Made by a program: the position numbers and the translations under genes. The notes below the pieces were generated by a model. That model saw only the letters and a program-made list of their open reading frames with translations, had not been told where the DNA came from and did not search any database. This document shows, piece by piece, positions 24,880 through 37,012 of a stretch of DNA of 64,000 nt. Every line of letters begins with the position of its first letter. Position 1 is the first letter of the stretch. This stretch comes from Octopus sinensis. Taxonomy: Eukaryota. The stretch is from the NCBI RefSeq assembly GCF_006345805.1, contig NC_043000.1:15190001-15254000 (forward strand). Direction: 5' to 3'.

Positions 24880-25720
24880 AGACATACTAGCCAAATTGTC
24901 TACATCCTCGCCAAACAAAGGGAAAGATGACTGCTTAGAAGCAGATATAGCATCACATGATGTGGAAGACAACTGGGGATTTCTACGGCACAACCTGCTG
25001 AGGGCCACTGACCAGATTTGTGGATGGTACAAAGTCCTCTCTCAACTCGAGGTTACATGGTGGTGGAACAATGTTGTTGACAGGGCTATTAGAGAAAAGA
25101 AATGGGCTTGGAAGAACGGTGGTAGCAGGGAAGTGTATCAGACTGCCAGAAGGGAAGCTAGGAGACAGGTTTACTTAGCCAGAGGGGAAGCAGATAAGAA
25201 AAAATTACAGAGGTATCATGTTGTTGGATCAGGTAATGACGGTCAAGGAGAGGGTCAGTTTAGATGAGATGCAGTTTGGGTTCGTGCCAGAGAAAAGCAC
25301 CACTGATACTATATTTCTGGTAAGACAGCTGAAGGAGAAATATCTAGCCAAAGATAAACCTCTGTACCTGGCTTTTGTTGACATGGAGAAAGCCTTTGAC
25401 ATGGTCCCCTGATCCCTTATCTGGTGGTCAATGAGGAAACTAGAGATGCACAGAGATGCTGTCAGTATGGTGAGGGTTGGTAATGAGTACAGTAAAGAAT
25501 TCCGAGTAGGGGTAGGGGTCCACCAAGGATCTGTCCTCAGGCCCCTCTTATTCATCATAGTCCTCCAGGCAATAACAGAGGAATTCAAGACAGGATGCCC
25601 CTGGGAGCTCCTCTATGCTGATGACGTTGCTCTAATTGCTGAGTCACTATCAGAACTAGAGGCTACAATGAATGGGAGAAAGAGAGTCTGCCAAATGTGA
25701 ACTCAACAGAGGGACCAGCT
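24880..25720 (+). mobile_element. Decayed, internally deleted RTE LINE fragment
   Basis: Translates to QFGFVPEKSTTD, AFVDMEKAFD, VHQGSVL and LLYADD, colinear with the 11625-14521 element. Confidence 0.85.
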
Positions 25721-26738
25721 ATCCGAATTGACTGTACCTTGGTAGATATTGTTTGGATTCTCACTATTCTGAGTGCACTCTATGACCTATTCTCTTAATA
25801 TTGGTTTCAAATTTTGGTAAAAGGCCAGTAATTTTGTGGGGTGGGATAAGTCGATTATATTGACCCCAGTGCTCAGCTAGTACTTAATTTATCAACCCTG
25901 AAAGAATGAAAGGCAAAGTCAATCTCGGCAGAATTTGAACTCAGAACATAAAGACAGACAAAATATTGCTAAGCATTTTTGCCCGACATACTCTCTTATT
26001 ACTCTTTTACATGTTTCAGTCATTTGACTGTGGCCATGCTGGAGCACCGCCTTTAGTCGAGCAAATCGACCCCGGGACTTATTCTTTGTAAGCCCAGTAC
26101 TTATTCAATCGGTCTCTTTTGCCGAACCGCTAAGTGACGGGGACGTAAACACACCAGCATCGGTTGTCAAGCAATGCTAGGGGGACAAACAGACACACAA
26201 ACACATACACATACATACATATACATATATATATATATATGCGACAGGCTTCTTTCAGTTTCCGTCTACCAAATCCACTCACAAGGCATTGGTTGGCCCG
26301 AGGCTGTAGCAGAAGACACTTGCCCAAGATGCCACGCAGTGGGACTGAACCCGGAACCATGTGGTTGGTTAGCAAGCTACATACCACACAGCCACTCCTG
26401 CGCCTATCCTGCACACATGCTAACATTTCTTATTTTTTATTGCCCACAAGGGGCTAAACATAGAGCGGGCAAACAAGGACAGGCAAAGGGATTAAGTCGA
26501 TTACATTAACCCCAGTGCGTAACTGGTACTTAATTTATTGACCCCGAAAGGATGAAAGCAAAGTCGATCTCAGCGGAATTTGAACTCAGAACATAACGGC
26601 AAACAAAATACCGCTAAGCATTTCGCCCGGTGTGCTAATGTTTTCTCCAGCTCACCACCTTAACTACTCTTAATGTTTGTAGATTATTATATCTTAAGTG
26701 TTTTTTATTATTTTTGCTGTTTGTTTTATATTTTTCAG

Positions 26739-26897
26739 GCAGACTCTTCAAATTCCAGAGCACCCACACAATCTGAACGACAAAAATGTTGGACTGCTAG
26801 GGATATGTTCTGGACCTGCTTGGATGGAAATGAAGCCTCCCCATTAAACTGTCAGGCCGTGCGTAAAACCTTTGAGGATAGCTGTTCTAAAACTTGG
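26739..26897 (+). CDS. COA6: Cytochrome c oxidase assembly factor 6, exon 2
   Basis: ttttcag acceptor; encodes ADSSNSRAPTQSERQKCWTARDMFWTCLDGNEASPLNCQAVRKTFEDSCSKTW with the CX9C...CX10C motif of the COA6/COX6B family; TGG|GTTAGT donor. Confidence 0.92.
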
Positions 26898-29377
26898 GTT
26901 AGTAAATAAATATAAATTATAAATCATTGCCATTTATTAACATTTGATGCAGTGTCTTGTGTGATTAATATTGAAAATCCAACACTTTACTCTTTTACTT
27001 GTTTCAGTCATTTGACTGTGGCCATGCTGGAGCACCGCCTTTAGTCGAGCAAATCGACCCCAGCACTTATTCTTTGTAAGCCTAGTACTTATTCTATCAG
27101 CCTCTTTTGCCAAACCGCTAAGTTACGGGGACGTAAACACACCAGCATCGGTTGTCAAGCGATGTTGGGGGGACAAACACAGACACACAAACATATACAT
27201 ACATATATATATATACATACATATATATGATGGGTTTCTTTCAGTTTCCGTCTACCAAATCCACTCACAAGGCTTTGGTTGGCCCGATGCTGTAGTAAAA
27301 GACACTTGCCCAAGGTTCCACACAGTGGGACTGAACCCGGAACCATGTGGTTGGTAAGCAAGCTACTTACCACACAACCACTCCTGTGTGGTAAGCAAGC
27401 TACTTGCCACAGCCACTCCTACACCTATGTAGCTTTTCTTAGCTATATCTTATCTGAAATGTTGACGTTTCCTTCTTGTTGTTGTTTAGTTTCCTCATTG
27501 AGCAGACCCATAACGAAAGGCATGGCTAGCCTTTCATTTTGGATATTTAGGACTACATTAGCCAAGATGTTATTTCATTTTTTTGACATGGTAAAGTGTG
27601 ATTTTGAGGGAATCTAGCTTTATTTCTAGCAAGGTCAATGACTTCATGGAAATTTTCTTGTTGAGTTGATGTTTTTTGAATGTCACAGAGTGATAAGCAT
27701 CTGATTGTGTTTTGCCTTCTTTTCCTTCTAATTAAAATGTTCCTAGTTTACCTCTGCTCCAATGATAAGAAATGGTTGAAGAGCATCTTTTTGATATTCG
27801 TTCTTTGCATGTCTCTGCTGTTCATTGTCATTAAACTTCTTCCCCCATCTACTTCAGTTAAATTAGATACAAATCTTGCCATCGTTGTTATTGTCATCAT
27901 CATCATCATCATTTAACATCCATGTTCAATGCTGATGTGACAGTTTGGACACTTTGACAGGACCTGATGGGCTCAAAGACAGCATTGTGCTCCAGTGTCT
28001 GCTTTGACATGGTTTCTTATTTCTTTATTGCCCACAAGGGGCCAAACATAGAGGGGACAGACAAAAGGATTAAGTTGATTACATCAACCCCAGTGCATAA
28101 TTGGTACTTAATTTGTCGACCCCGAAAGGATGAAAGGCAAAGTCAACCTCGGCAGAATTTGAACTCAGAATGTAACGGCAGACGAAATACCTATTTCTTT
28201 ACTACCCACAAGGGGCTAAACACAGAGAGGACAAACAAGGACAGACAAACGGATTAAGTCGATTATATCGACCCCAGTGCGTGACTGGTACTTAATTTAT
28301 CGACCCTGAAAGGATGAAAAGCAAAGTCGACCTTGGTGGAATTTGAACTCAGAACGTAGTGGCAGACAAAATACTGCTAAGCATTTTGCCTGGCGTGCTA
28401 ACATTTCTGCCAGCTCGCCGCCTTAACATGGTTTGACATGGTTTCTATGGCCGGATGTCTAACACTAATCACTTTACAGCATTTACTTGATGCTTTTTTT
28501 GCATCACCAGTATCTGTGAGGTTGCCATCCAGTTTGTAAGACTACAAACCCCAAAGGGTGGGCTGGGAAGCAGATTTTATGCTAGCAGAATAAAGAGTAA
28601 GGAGGGGTAAAATATGAGAGAAAAGGGCCAGAGCGAATAATTTTCTTGCTACACAACTACTCATATTTTAGAAGTGGGGGCAGGGTGACTAGGGGAGCTG
28701 GAAAATGATAAAAATAGATATGTTAGAGTTCAAGGTTTGAGGAGGGTAGGAATGAGTGAGGAGTGATTGGGTGAGTAACGGATGTCCGATAGTGCAAGGC
28801 TGTAAATTTTTAAAAAGATCTACCGTAAGAAGAAATTATAATACTGAGTTGATTCAATATTGTATTTATTTTAATCAGTGTCAGGACTACCATTCTAGTA
28901 ATTACCGTTTATAATTATGTTGGGTCCACGTCAGTTTCTTATCGCACAAACCAAGATGAATGTTTGAGATATTAATGCTTTGTCCTATCTTTTTCCAAGA
29001 GCCGTGCCTTAAAAAAAATATTAGAAATATTGTGATATGGTTATCTGTAATGGTGGAGACAGTTGGTTTATGCACCCAAAGACTCACACACAAACTGGTG
29101 AATCAACTGATTAGTATGACCTATATTGTATACAATTAAAGAAAAGAAAACATCCTATTGATATGTAAACATTATTGTGATCCTTAAGTCTATTGGCATA
29201 TTTAGCTAGTGGTTGTAAGGGAAAACTAGTGTAACACACACACACATATATATATATGTGTGTGTGTGTATATATATATATGTGTGTGTGTGTGTGTATA
29301 TATATATATGTGTGTGTGTATATATATATATGTATATATAATATATATATATATATATATAAAATGTATATATATAT

Positions 29378-29753
29378 CTCTCTCTATATAAACGGCAGTT
29401 TGTCTGTGCGTGTTTCTGTGTGTCTGTTTGCTTGTACCCTCACCCTGACCACGGCTTTCAACCGATTCTGATGAAACTTGACACACACATAGCCCAATGT
29501 CATAATTCAAAACTAACGCAGAGAAAATTTTGAAAAGTTCCCCCAGTTCTGAAAAAAATCGATAAATTCGACATGGGGTCGAGAATCAGAAACACAAACT
29601 GTCTAGGGGACGCAACTCCACCTTTTTTAACTCTGAAAAAAATTTACCATCATTTTTTCCATTTTTTTGCTATTTTTTTGCTATAACTCTCTAAAAATGC
29701 TTTATAGTTATTTCCCTTACAAACCTGAGCAACGCCGGGCGATACTGCTAGTA
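29378..29753 (-). mobile_element. Non-autonomous Helitron-like element (near-identical copy at 53960-54344 -)
   Basis: Same 5' end as the 4824 element (tactagcagtatcgcccggcgttgctc.ggtttgtaaggg); the two copies match almost base for base. Confidence 0.7.
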
Positions 29754-29758
29754 TATAT

Positions 29759-29790
<32 letters not shown>

Positions 29791-29962
29791 CATCATCATC
29801 ATCATCATCATCATTTAACGTCCGTTCTCCATGCTAGCATGGGTTGGACGATTCAACTGGGGTCTGGGAAGCCCCCAGTTGAATCGTCCAACCCATGCTA
29901 TATGTATGTATAATATGTGTGTGTGTGTATGTATGTATATGTGTGTGTGTGTGTGTGTGTAT

Positions 29963-30024
<62 letters not shown>

Positions 30025-30430
30025 TATATGTATGTCTTAGTATGTGTGTGTTTCTATATACATATGTTCATATATATATATATATTCATGATTAAAGTTA
30101 ATTGGAATATGTTTGTCACATATTTCAACACTGCAGTTACCATGGAGAAAATATCCCATGCGTTCAGTGTCGCCCTCTTTCGGGAATCTCAGACATCAAT
30201 CAGGTGATCTACTAGTGCAAATCAGTCACTGTGTTGGCTGAATTATATTTAAAGCTATAAGCTTTATCAGTTCATTCAGGGTTGCCTGTCTTAGGTATAT
30301 CTCATTGACAAAAGTCAATAAACTCGAAACATTGATGTCTGAAATATGTGACACATATTTCAACTAAATCAAATTGTGATTATATGTAGACACTGCTTAC
30401 ACAATTACTCTGATATATATGTGTGTGTGT

Positions 30431-30680
30431 GTGGAGGCGCATGGCTTAGTGGTTAGGGTGTTGAACTCATGATTGTAAGGTTGTGGTTTCGATTCCTGGA
30501 CCAGCCGATGCGTTGTGTTCTTGAATAAAACACTTCATTTTCCCGTTGCTCCAGTCCACTCAGCTGGAACAAAATGAGTAATCCTGCGACAGACCAGTGT
30601 CCCGTCCAGGTGGGGAATTTCTATGCCACTGAAACTGGGAAACCGGCCCTTATGAGCCTGGCATGACTCGAGAAGGAACA
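30431..30680 (+). mobile_element. tRNA-derived SINE family D (copy at 49905-50123 -; related element at 9660-10010 -)
   Basis: Head ggaggcgcatggcttagtggttaggg...ggtttcgattcc and a CORE-like cttgagcaagacact segment. Confidence 0.75.
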
Positions 30681-31078
30681 TTTTTTGTGGAGGCGCAATG
30701 GCCCAGTGGTTATGGCAGCAGACTTGCGGTCAGAGGATCGCGTTTTCGATTCCCAGACTGCGCGTTGTGTGTGTTTATTGAGTGGAAACACCTAAAGTTC
30801 CACGAGGCTCCGGCAGGGGATAGTGGTGATCCCTGCTGTACTCTTTTACCCCAACTTTCTCTCACTCTTTATTCCTGTTTCTTGAGTAACGCTGCGATGG
30901 ACTGGTGTCCCATCCAGCTGGGGGAACACATATGCCACAGAAACCGAGCCCATGAGCCTGGCTAGGCTTGAAAAGGGCGCATAAATAAATAAAAAAAGAA
31001 ATATATATATATATGGGTCCAACCCATGCCAGCATGATGATGATGATGTATAAGACCTGTCTCAGAGATTTCAAGGCA

Positions 31079-31128
<50 letters not shown>

Positions 31129-31169
31129 ATATATATATATATATATGTATATGTATATATTTATGTATA

Positions 31170-31213
<44 letters not shown>

Positions 31214-33659
31214 CACACACATACATATATATACACATATGAATTTATGTATGTATATATGAACTCCTGCAGAGATTTCAAGACCTAAATTAACATTTCT
31301 GTTGGCACACACATTTAGCTACCGGTTGTAATCAGCTTTTTAATTGAACAATGCCAATGAATCACAGACTTTTTAATTACATATACCAGAGTAAACAATT
31401 CCAGGCTACTTTGTATATAGACATTAGCCACAGATAAGTGGAAGTTGGCTATTTTTAACTTACCGGTCTTGTTGTAAGTTTCTAAACAGTCATTTAATTA
31501 GTAATCCTGTTTAGTTTGTCATCATATTGTTTGTTATTCAAATATAAAACTGCAAATAAATACTACAGAAAAGTGAAAACAAAATATAAACAATTTTAAT
31601 CTGTGATATTTTATTACTTATCTTTTACCTTTCACTTGTCACAGTCATTGGACTACAGCCATCACGGGGTACTGCCTTGTAGTATATAGTTGAACAAAGT
31701 AACTCCCCCCGGTATTTACTTTTTTTTAAGTCTCTAGTTATACTTATTTCTTTATTACCCACATGGGGCTAAACATAGCGGGGACAAACAAAGACAGACC
31801 AAAGTATTAAGTCGATTATATCGACCCCAGTGCACAACTGGTACTTAATTTATCGACCCCGAAAGGATGAAAGGCAAAGTCGACCTCGGCAGAATTTGAA
31901 GTCCCAACGTAACGTCAGACGAAATATGGCTAAGCATTTTGCCCGGCGTGCTAATGTTTCTGCCAGCTCGCCGCCTTAAGTATCTAGTTATACTATTGAT
32001 CTCTTGGTTGCCAAGCAGTGGAGGAATAAACACAAATACACTCACATGTACATATATGTACATGATGGACTTCTACAGTTTCTGCCTACCATATTCACTC
32101 AGAAGGCAGTGGCTGCTATAATTGTGAATACATCGTTCCCAACCTTTACTGGTCAATGATTTAAGAATATTGTTTCTTTGTTGAGGACAACCTGTCATTC
32201 TTCTATAGAATGGTAAGTGAATAATTGGGGCTCTGGGGCTCTTAGTGTCTTTGGTTGTTTCTCCAGAGATAGTTTATGGCCTGAATGTTGGACTTAGGCT
32301 GATCATGGAACTGGATAGACCAAAGTCATATTTAATTTGTTGAGAGTTGCAATGAATCCTGAGCTTTATATTAGTTTGGTCTATAAGTGACCAAATCTGT
32401 GTCAAGGTTTGGACAAAAAAATCTATAAAATCCTCTACATATCTGATGAGATTGAGTTGCCTATTACCTTCAGCTGGTTCTTTGAATTTCTTACTATGAT
32501 CTACCCCTATGTATCTATCATATCTACTGACCTGCTAGAGGTCCCACTGTACTTATGTGCTATCCTTTCCTGTCCTCAATACACAGTATTGAGTTTCTAC
32601 CTTCTCCTTCTCTAAATATTGAGTAAAGCTGTTTATTAAATGATGTTGGGATTTCAATGCCCTCTCATTTTAGTTTTACCATATCAACTTTTGGATTCTT
32701 GATTATATTAAGATTTTTGGTACTTATTCAGCTAATCCATCACTGATTCTGATATGATCTACTTCTACACTATTTTTATTTATGTGTGTCTTACAGTAAT
32801 GTTCATCACTTCTTATTTCAGTATAGATTTAAAAAATTTTCTGTCATGCATTTCATGAACTGTAGTATCATTGGTTATAGGGTGAACATTTCTTATGTAT
32901 CAAATCTTCTAATTTTTTTAATTGCCCTCAAGGGGCTAAACATAGAGGGGACAGACAAAGGGATTAAGTCGATTACATCAACCCTAGTGCGTAACTGGTA
33001 CTTATTTAATCGACCCCGAAAGGATGAAAGGCTAAGTCATCCTCGGCAGAATTTGAACTCAGAACGTAAAGACAGATGAAATACCTATTTCTTTACTACC
33101 CACAAGGGGCTAAACACAGAGGGAACAAACAAGGACAGACACATGGATTAAATTGATTACATCGACCCCAGTGCATAACTGGTACTTATTTAATCAACCA
33201 CGAAAGGATGAAAGGCAAAGTCGACCTCGGCGGAATTTGAACTCAGAACGTAAAGACAGGCGAAATACCACTAAGCATTTCGCCCGGCGTGCTAATGTTT
33301 CTGCCTGCTTGCCCCCAAAGATTATGTATCAAATCTTCTGCCAGGCAGGCACTACACTTTTAACATTACATTCAGTCTGTTCATTGCTTATTGGTATCTT
33401 GCTCTGGGTGGTAAGGGAAATGTTCATTAATCATATTTCTGAAATATTTCATATCAAAGATCGATTGTGGGTAACAGACTTAACATGCTGTCCAGTGGGT
33501 ACTTTTAGTGAAGTTCACATCGTTGCAAGTCCTTGAACCTGATTCTTACTCTCCTTCTCATTGATATTTCTCCTATGGATATTCAGACTGGGCATTGGCT
33601 AGAGCTATCTTACCAGTCTGGAAAAGCATTCAAAGGTTGTGGTACTCTCTGTTCCTCTA

Positions 33660-34127
33660 ATTAACTTTTTTTTAAAAATCTTTGCAACAACCAAACGCAT
33701 ACCCTCCATCAGACACCTACCATATTCTGAGCGCCTTGTTTCCCTGGGCATGGATTCACTGAAGCTCCGGCATCTGGCGATGGACTTGGTAAGCACCCAC
33801 AAAGTTATCAACCACAACACTGAACACCTTTTTGATCTCCATGTGTCTAACACACGTGGACATGCCTACAAAGTCAGAAAACAACACAGCTCCCATGACT
33901 TTCGGAAACATTTTTTCACGCTCAGAGTTGCTGAAGCATGGAATAAACTGCCTGCGTCAGTTGTTGACTGCCATGACACTGCATCCTTTAAGGCCCTCAT
34001 GCTTTCCGAAATCTGCCGAAACTACACCTGATTATATATACACTTTAGATGAGTTGTAGTGCACCTGAGCACTGTACACAATTATTATTATTATTATTAT
34101 TATATTATTATTATTATTATTATTATT
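33660..34127 (+). mobile_element. CR1-like LINE 3' end with (ATT)n tail
   Basis: LPYSERL.SLGMDSLKLR...TRGH.YK...RKHFFTLRVAEAWNKLP C-terminus typical of the CR1 clade. Confidence 0.82.
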
Positions 34128-34232
34128 TGTTAAATTTTAATTGATCAAATTGCATTTTCTGTCTTTTCCAAATTTTTTTTTTTTTTTTTTCAATATTCTA
34201 AAAATCTGCATTATATTTCTGTCAAATTTCAG

Positions 34233-34325
34233 GTAAAATATTTTGATCGAAGAAGAGAATATCTGAAATTTAAAGCCAAACTTGAACAAGAACAATCAGA
34301 TCCTGTTGACAATGTTAAGTTATGA
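34233..34325 (+). CDS. COA6: COA6 exon 3 (terminal)
   Basis: tttcag acceptor; encodes VKYFDRRREYLKFKAKLEQEQSDPVDNVKL*, giving the conserved W-VKYFDxRR motif. The joined protein is 88 aa. Confidence 0.92.
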   Translation, partial: VKYFDRRREYLKFKAKLEQEQSDPVDNVKL

Positions 34326-34374
34326 TATTTGTAAAATATATTCCCATTACAACCCCTCCAACCAGCCATTGATG

Positions 34375-34476
34375 AATAAATGATAATTTCACATTCAGGT
34401 GAAAGTTTGTACATATTTGTTGAAATAAAATAATAATGAAATTATTGTATACAGTGCTCAGGTGCACCACAATAAA
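34375..34476 (+). terminator. Candidate COA6 polyadenylation signals
   Basis: AATAAA at 34375-34380, 34424-34429 and 34471-34476, downstream of the stop codon. Confidence 0.5.
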
Positions 34477-35742
34477 ACTAAAAAATGAATAGGATTTGAT
34501 TTATTTCTCGCATGTTTGTGTTGTTCTGCTATCCATTTATCTCTTCTACGCCAGCCTAATCTGGCTCCTGTGTCGGTGGCACATAAAAAACACCATCCGA
34601 GCGTGGTCGTCTGCTAGCCTTGTCTGGCACATAAAAACACCATCCGAGCGTGGCCGTTCGCCAGCCTCGTCTGGCACCTGTGTCGGTGGCACATAAAAAC
34701 ACCATCCGAGCGTGGCAGTTCGCCAGCCTCGTCTGGCACCTATGTCGGTGGCACATAAAATCACCCACTACACTCTCGGAGTGGTTGGCGTTAGGAAGGG
34801 CATCCAGCTGTAGAAACACTGCCAGATCTGACTGGCCTGGTGCAGCCTTCGGGCTCCCCAGACCCCAGTTCAACCGTCCAACCCATGCTAGCATGGAAAG
34901 CAGACGTTAAATGATGATGATGATGATGATTCTAATGTGAGACTTCGCATTTCCTTTATCATCATCATCATCATCATCATCATTTAGCGTCCGCTTTCCA
35001 TGCTAGCATGGGTTGGACGGGTCAACTGGGGTCTGTGAAGCTGGAAGGCTTCGTCAGGCCAAGTCTAATCTGGCAGTGTTTCTACGGCTGGATGCCCTTC
35101 CTAACGCCAACCACTCCGCGAGTGTAGTGGGTGTTTTTTACGTGCCACTTATTTCAGTTATTGGACTTCAAGCATGTGTGGGCACTGCCTTGAAGAGTTT
35201 CAGTCAAACTGATTGATCCCAGTACTTATTTTTTGAAGACTGGGACTTATTTCATTGTTTTGTTTTGCTGAACTGCTAAGTTATGGACATGTAAAAAAGA
35301 ATCAACACACACACAGACATATAACTCTTTAACTTGTTTCAGCTTTAAAGCTGTGATCATGCTGGAGCACCACCATTGGTTGTGCTACACACACACACAC
35401 ACACATACATATAAATGACAAGCTTCCTCACAGTTTCCAAGTACCAAATTCGCTCACAAGTCATTAGATAGCCTAGGGCTGTATTAGAAGACACTTGCGC
35501 AAGGTGTCATACAGTGGGACTGGGTCTGCAACCACATTATTGTAAAGCAGGTTTCTGAACCAACAGCCATGAAGCAATTGTTAATGGTCAACAGGGTTAT
35601 CAAGGGCTCAGTCCCTGCATACAGCACCTTCAAGTGTATGATGAAAATACTTGCCTGTCCTCCAACCCAAGCAACAATGAGACTGCAGTGGTAGAATATA
35701 AACCATAGAAATTTGCCTGTAACACTATCAAATTACATTGTT

Positions 35743-36065
35743 GAAGGTGTTTATAAGCCATTTAAGAAACACACAAAAACCGTTAGATTCACTTCAACAT
35801 TTAAATTAAATTTATCAAAATATTTTCGTCGCTTTGAGACCGCGACCTGTTCACTGACAAAACTTCGTGCTGCATCACAAAGTTTTGTCAGTGAACAGGT
35901 CGCGGTCTCAAAGTGACGAAAATATTTTGACAAATTAAATCTAAATGTTGAAGTGAATCTAACGGTTTTTGTGTGTTTCTTAAATGGCTTATAAACACCT
36001 TCCACGCTGCAATTGTTTTCGTTCCAGCACACGATCTCAGATCAAGTCACTCGCTATGCAAGTAC
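35743..36065. mobile_element. Penelope-like (pLTR-derived) palindromic element carrying hammerhead-like motifs; truncated copy at 46680-46825 (-)
   Basis: 123-bp inverted arms (35743-35865 and 35880-36002, 4 mismatches, 14-nt loop). Each arm has a stem I / core / stem II / GAAA / AATATT layout. Confidence 0.65.
35884..35934 (+). ncRNA. Minimal type I hammerhead-ribozyme-like motif, G3-C8 variant (mirror copy on minus strand at 35811-35861)
   Basis: TTTGTCA-GTGAACA-G-GTCGC(GGTCTCAAA)GTGAC-GAAA-ATAT-TT-TGACAAA. Activity untested. Confidence 0.6.
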
Positions 36066-36382
36066 ATCTCTGTAACTATCAAATTAGCCTTGAGCCAAAG
36101 AAAGAGTCTAGGTAGTTGCTCAACCCGCTACAAAATAACAATGAAATCTCAAAAAATTACATTCTTCTGTCTTCAAAATAAGGAAGAACATAGACAATGT
36201 ACGCTTTGATATACAGGCAGAATGGTCATGGCTGGAAAACCTCTAATCATAGGTCTGTCCAATCAGCTGATCTGGAACTAAGCATCAATAACTGTGACAT
36301 CACCACCACCAATAAAAATAAAAGTAACAAGTCGATGAAAAAATAATAAATGCATTTTAATGAAAATATAAAAAAATGTTTG

Positions 36383-36571
36383 TCATGTTACAATTGTTCC
36401 ATAATCTTTCTTTTTCTGTACATCACTTGGTTCACTATTTATCACAACATCATTTGCATCTTCAGCCCATGATGCCTTTTTGGCAGAGCCAAAACAGAGG
36501 AATGTTGTTACACCTAATATATTCATTCCACAACTAACCCAAAATGCCTTTTTCCATTCGTATAAAGAACT
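36383..36571 (-). CDS. SLC17 sialin-like terminal exon I
   Basis: ttctttgcag acceptor; SSLYEWKKAFWVSCGMNILGVTTFLCFGSAKKASWAE...DYGTIVT* contains the W..VF and FGSA...WA motifs; ATTAAA about 22 nt after the stop. Exons A-I join to 419 aa in one frame. Confidence 0.88.
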   Translation of the reverse strand, partial: SSLYEWKKAFWVSCGMNILGVTTFLCFGSAKKASWAEDANDVVINSEPSDVQKKKDYGTIVT

Positions 36572-37012
36572 CTGCAAAGAAAAAAAAATATATGTATATA
36601 CATAAATAAATAATGTTCTTTAACAGGCATTCATACTAATACATATACTCTTTTATTCTTTTTCTTGTTTCAGTCATTTTGACTGTGGCCATGCTGGAGC
36701 ACCGCCTTTAGTCGAGCAAATCAACCCCAAGTCTTATTCTTTATAAGCCTGGTACTTATTCTATCAGTCTCTTTTGTCGAACCGCTAAGTTATGGGGGCA
36801 TAAACACACCAGCATTGGTTGTCAAGCGATGTTGGGGACACACACACACACAAACATATACACGCACATGCATATATATATAAACGCTAATTACTGCAAG
36901 GCATTTAATCTGAAACTATACCATTCTTGCCACAATCCTGAGCTTGGTGTGGGAATGATCCATTTTTAATTTGTAGGCATTTTAATCTCTTAATAGGCAA
37001 ACCAGATATATA

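Larger units (their letters stand above)
29240..31260. repeat. Cluster of (TA)n/(TG)n/(CT)n/(CAT)n microsatellites interleaved with TEs
   Basis: Long dinucleotide tracts at ~29240-29380, 29750-29815, 29900-30085 and 31080-31260. Similar tracts lie at 3870-3905, 18470-18560, 60745-60840 and 62790-62905. Confidence 0.9.

Noticed and set aside
24163-31312. Many short ORFs rich in Y/I/C/V/H/T
   Set aside because: They are translations of microsatellites, SINEs and RTE tails; only the COA6 exon in this span is supported.
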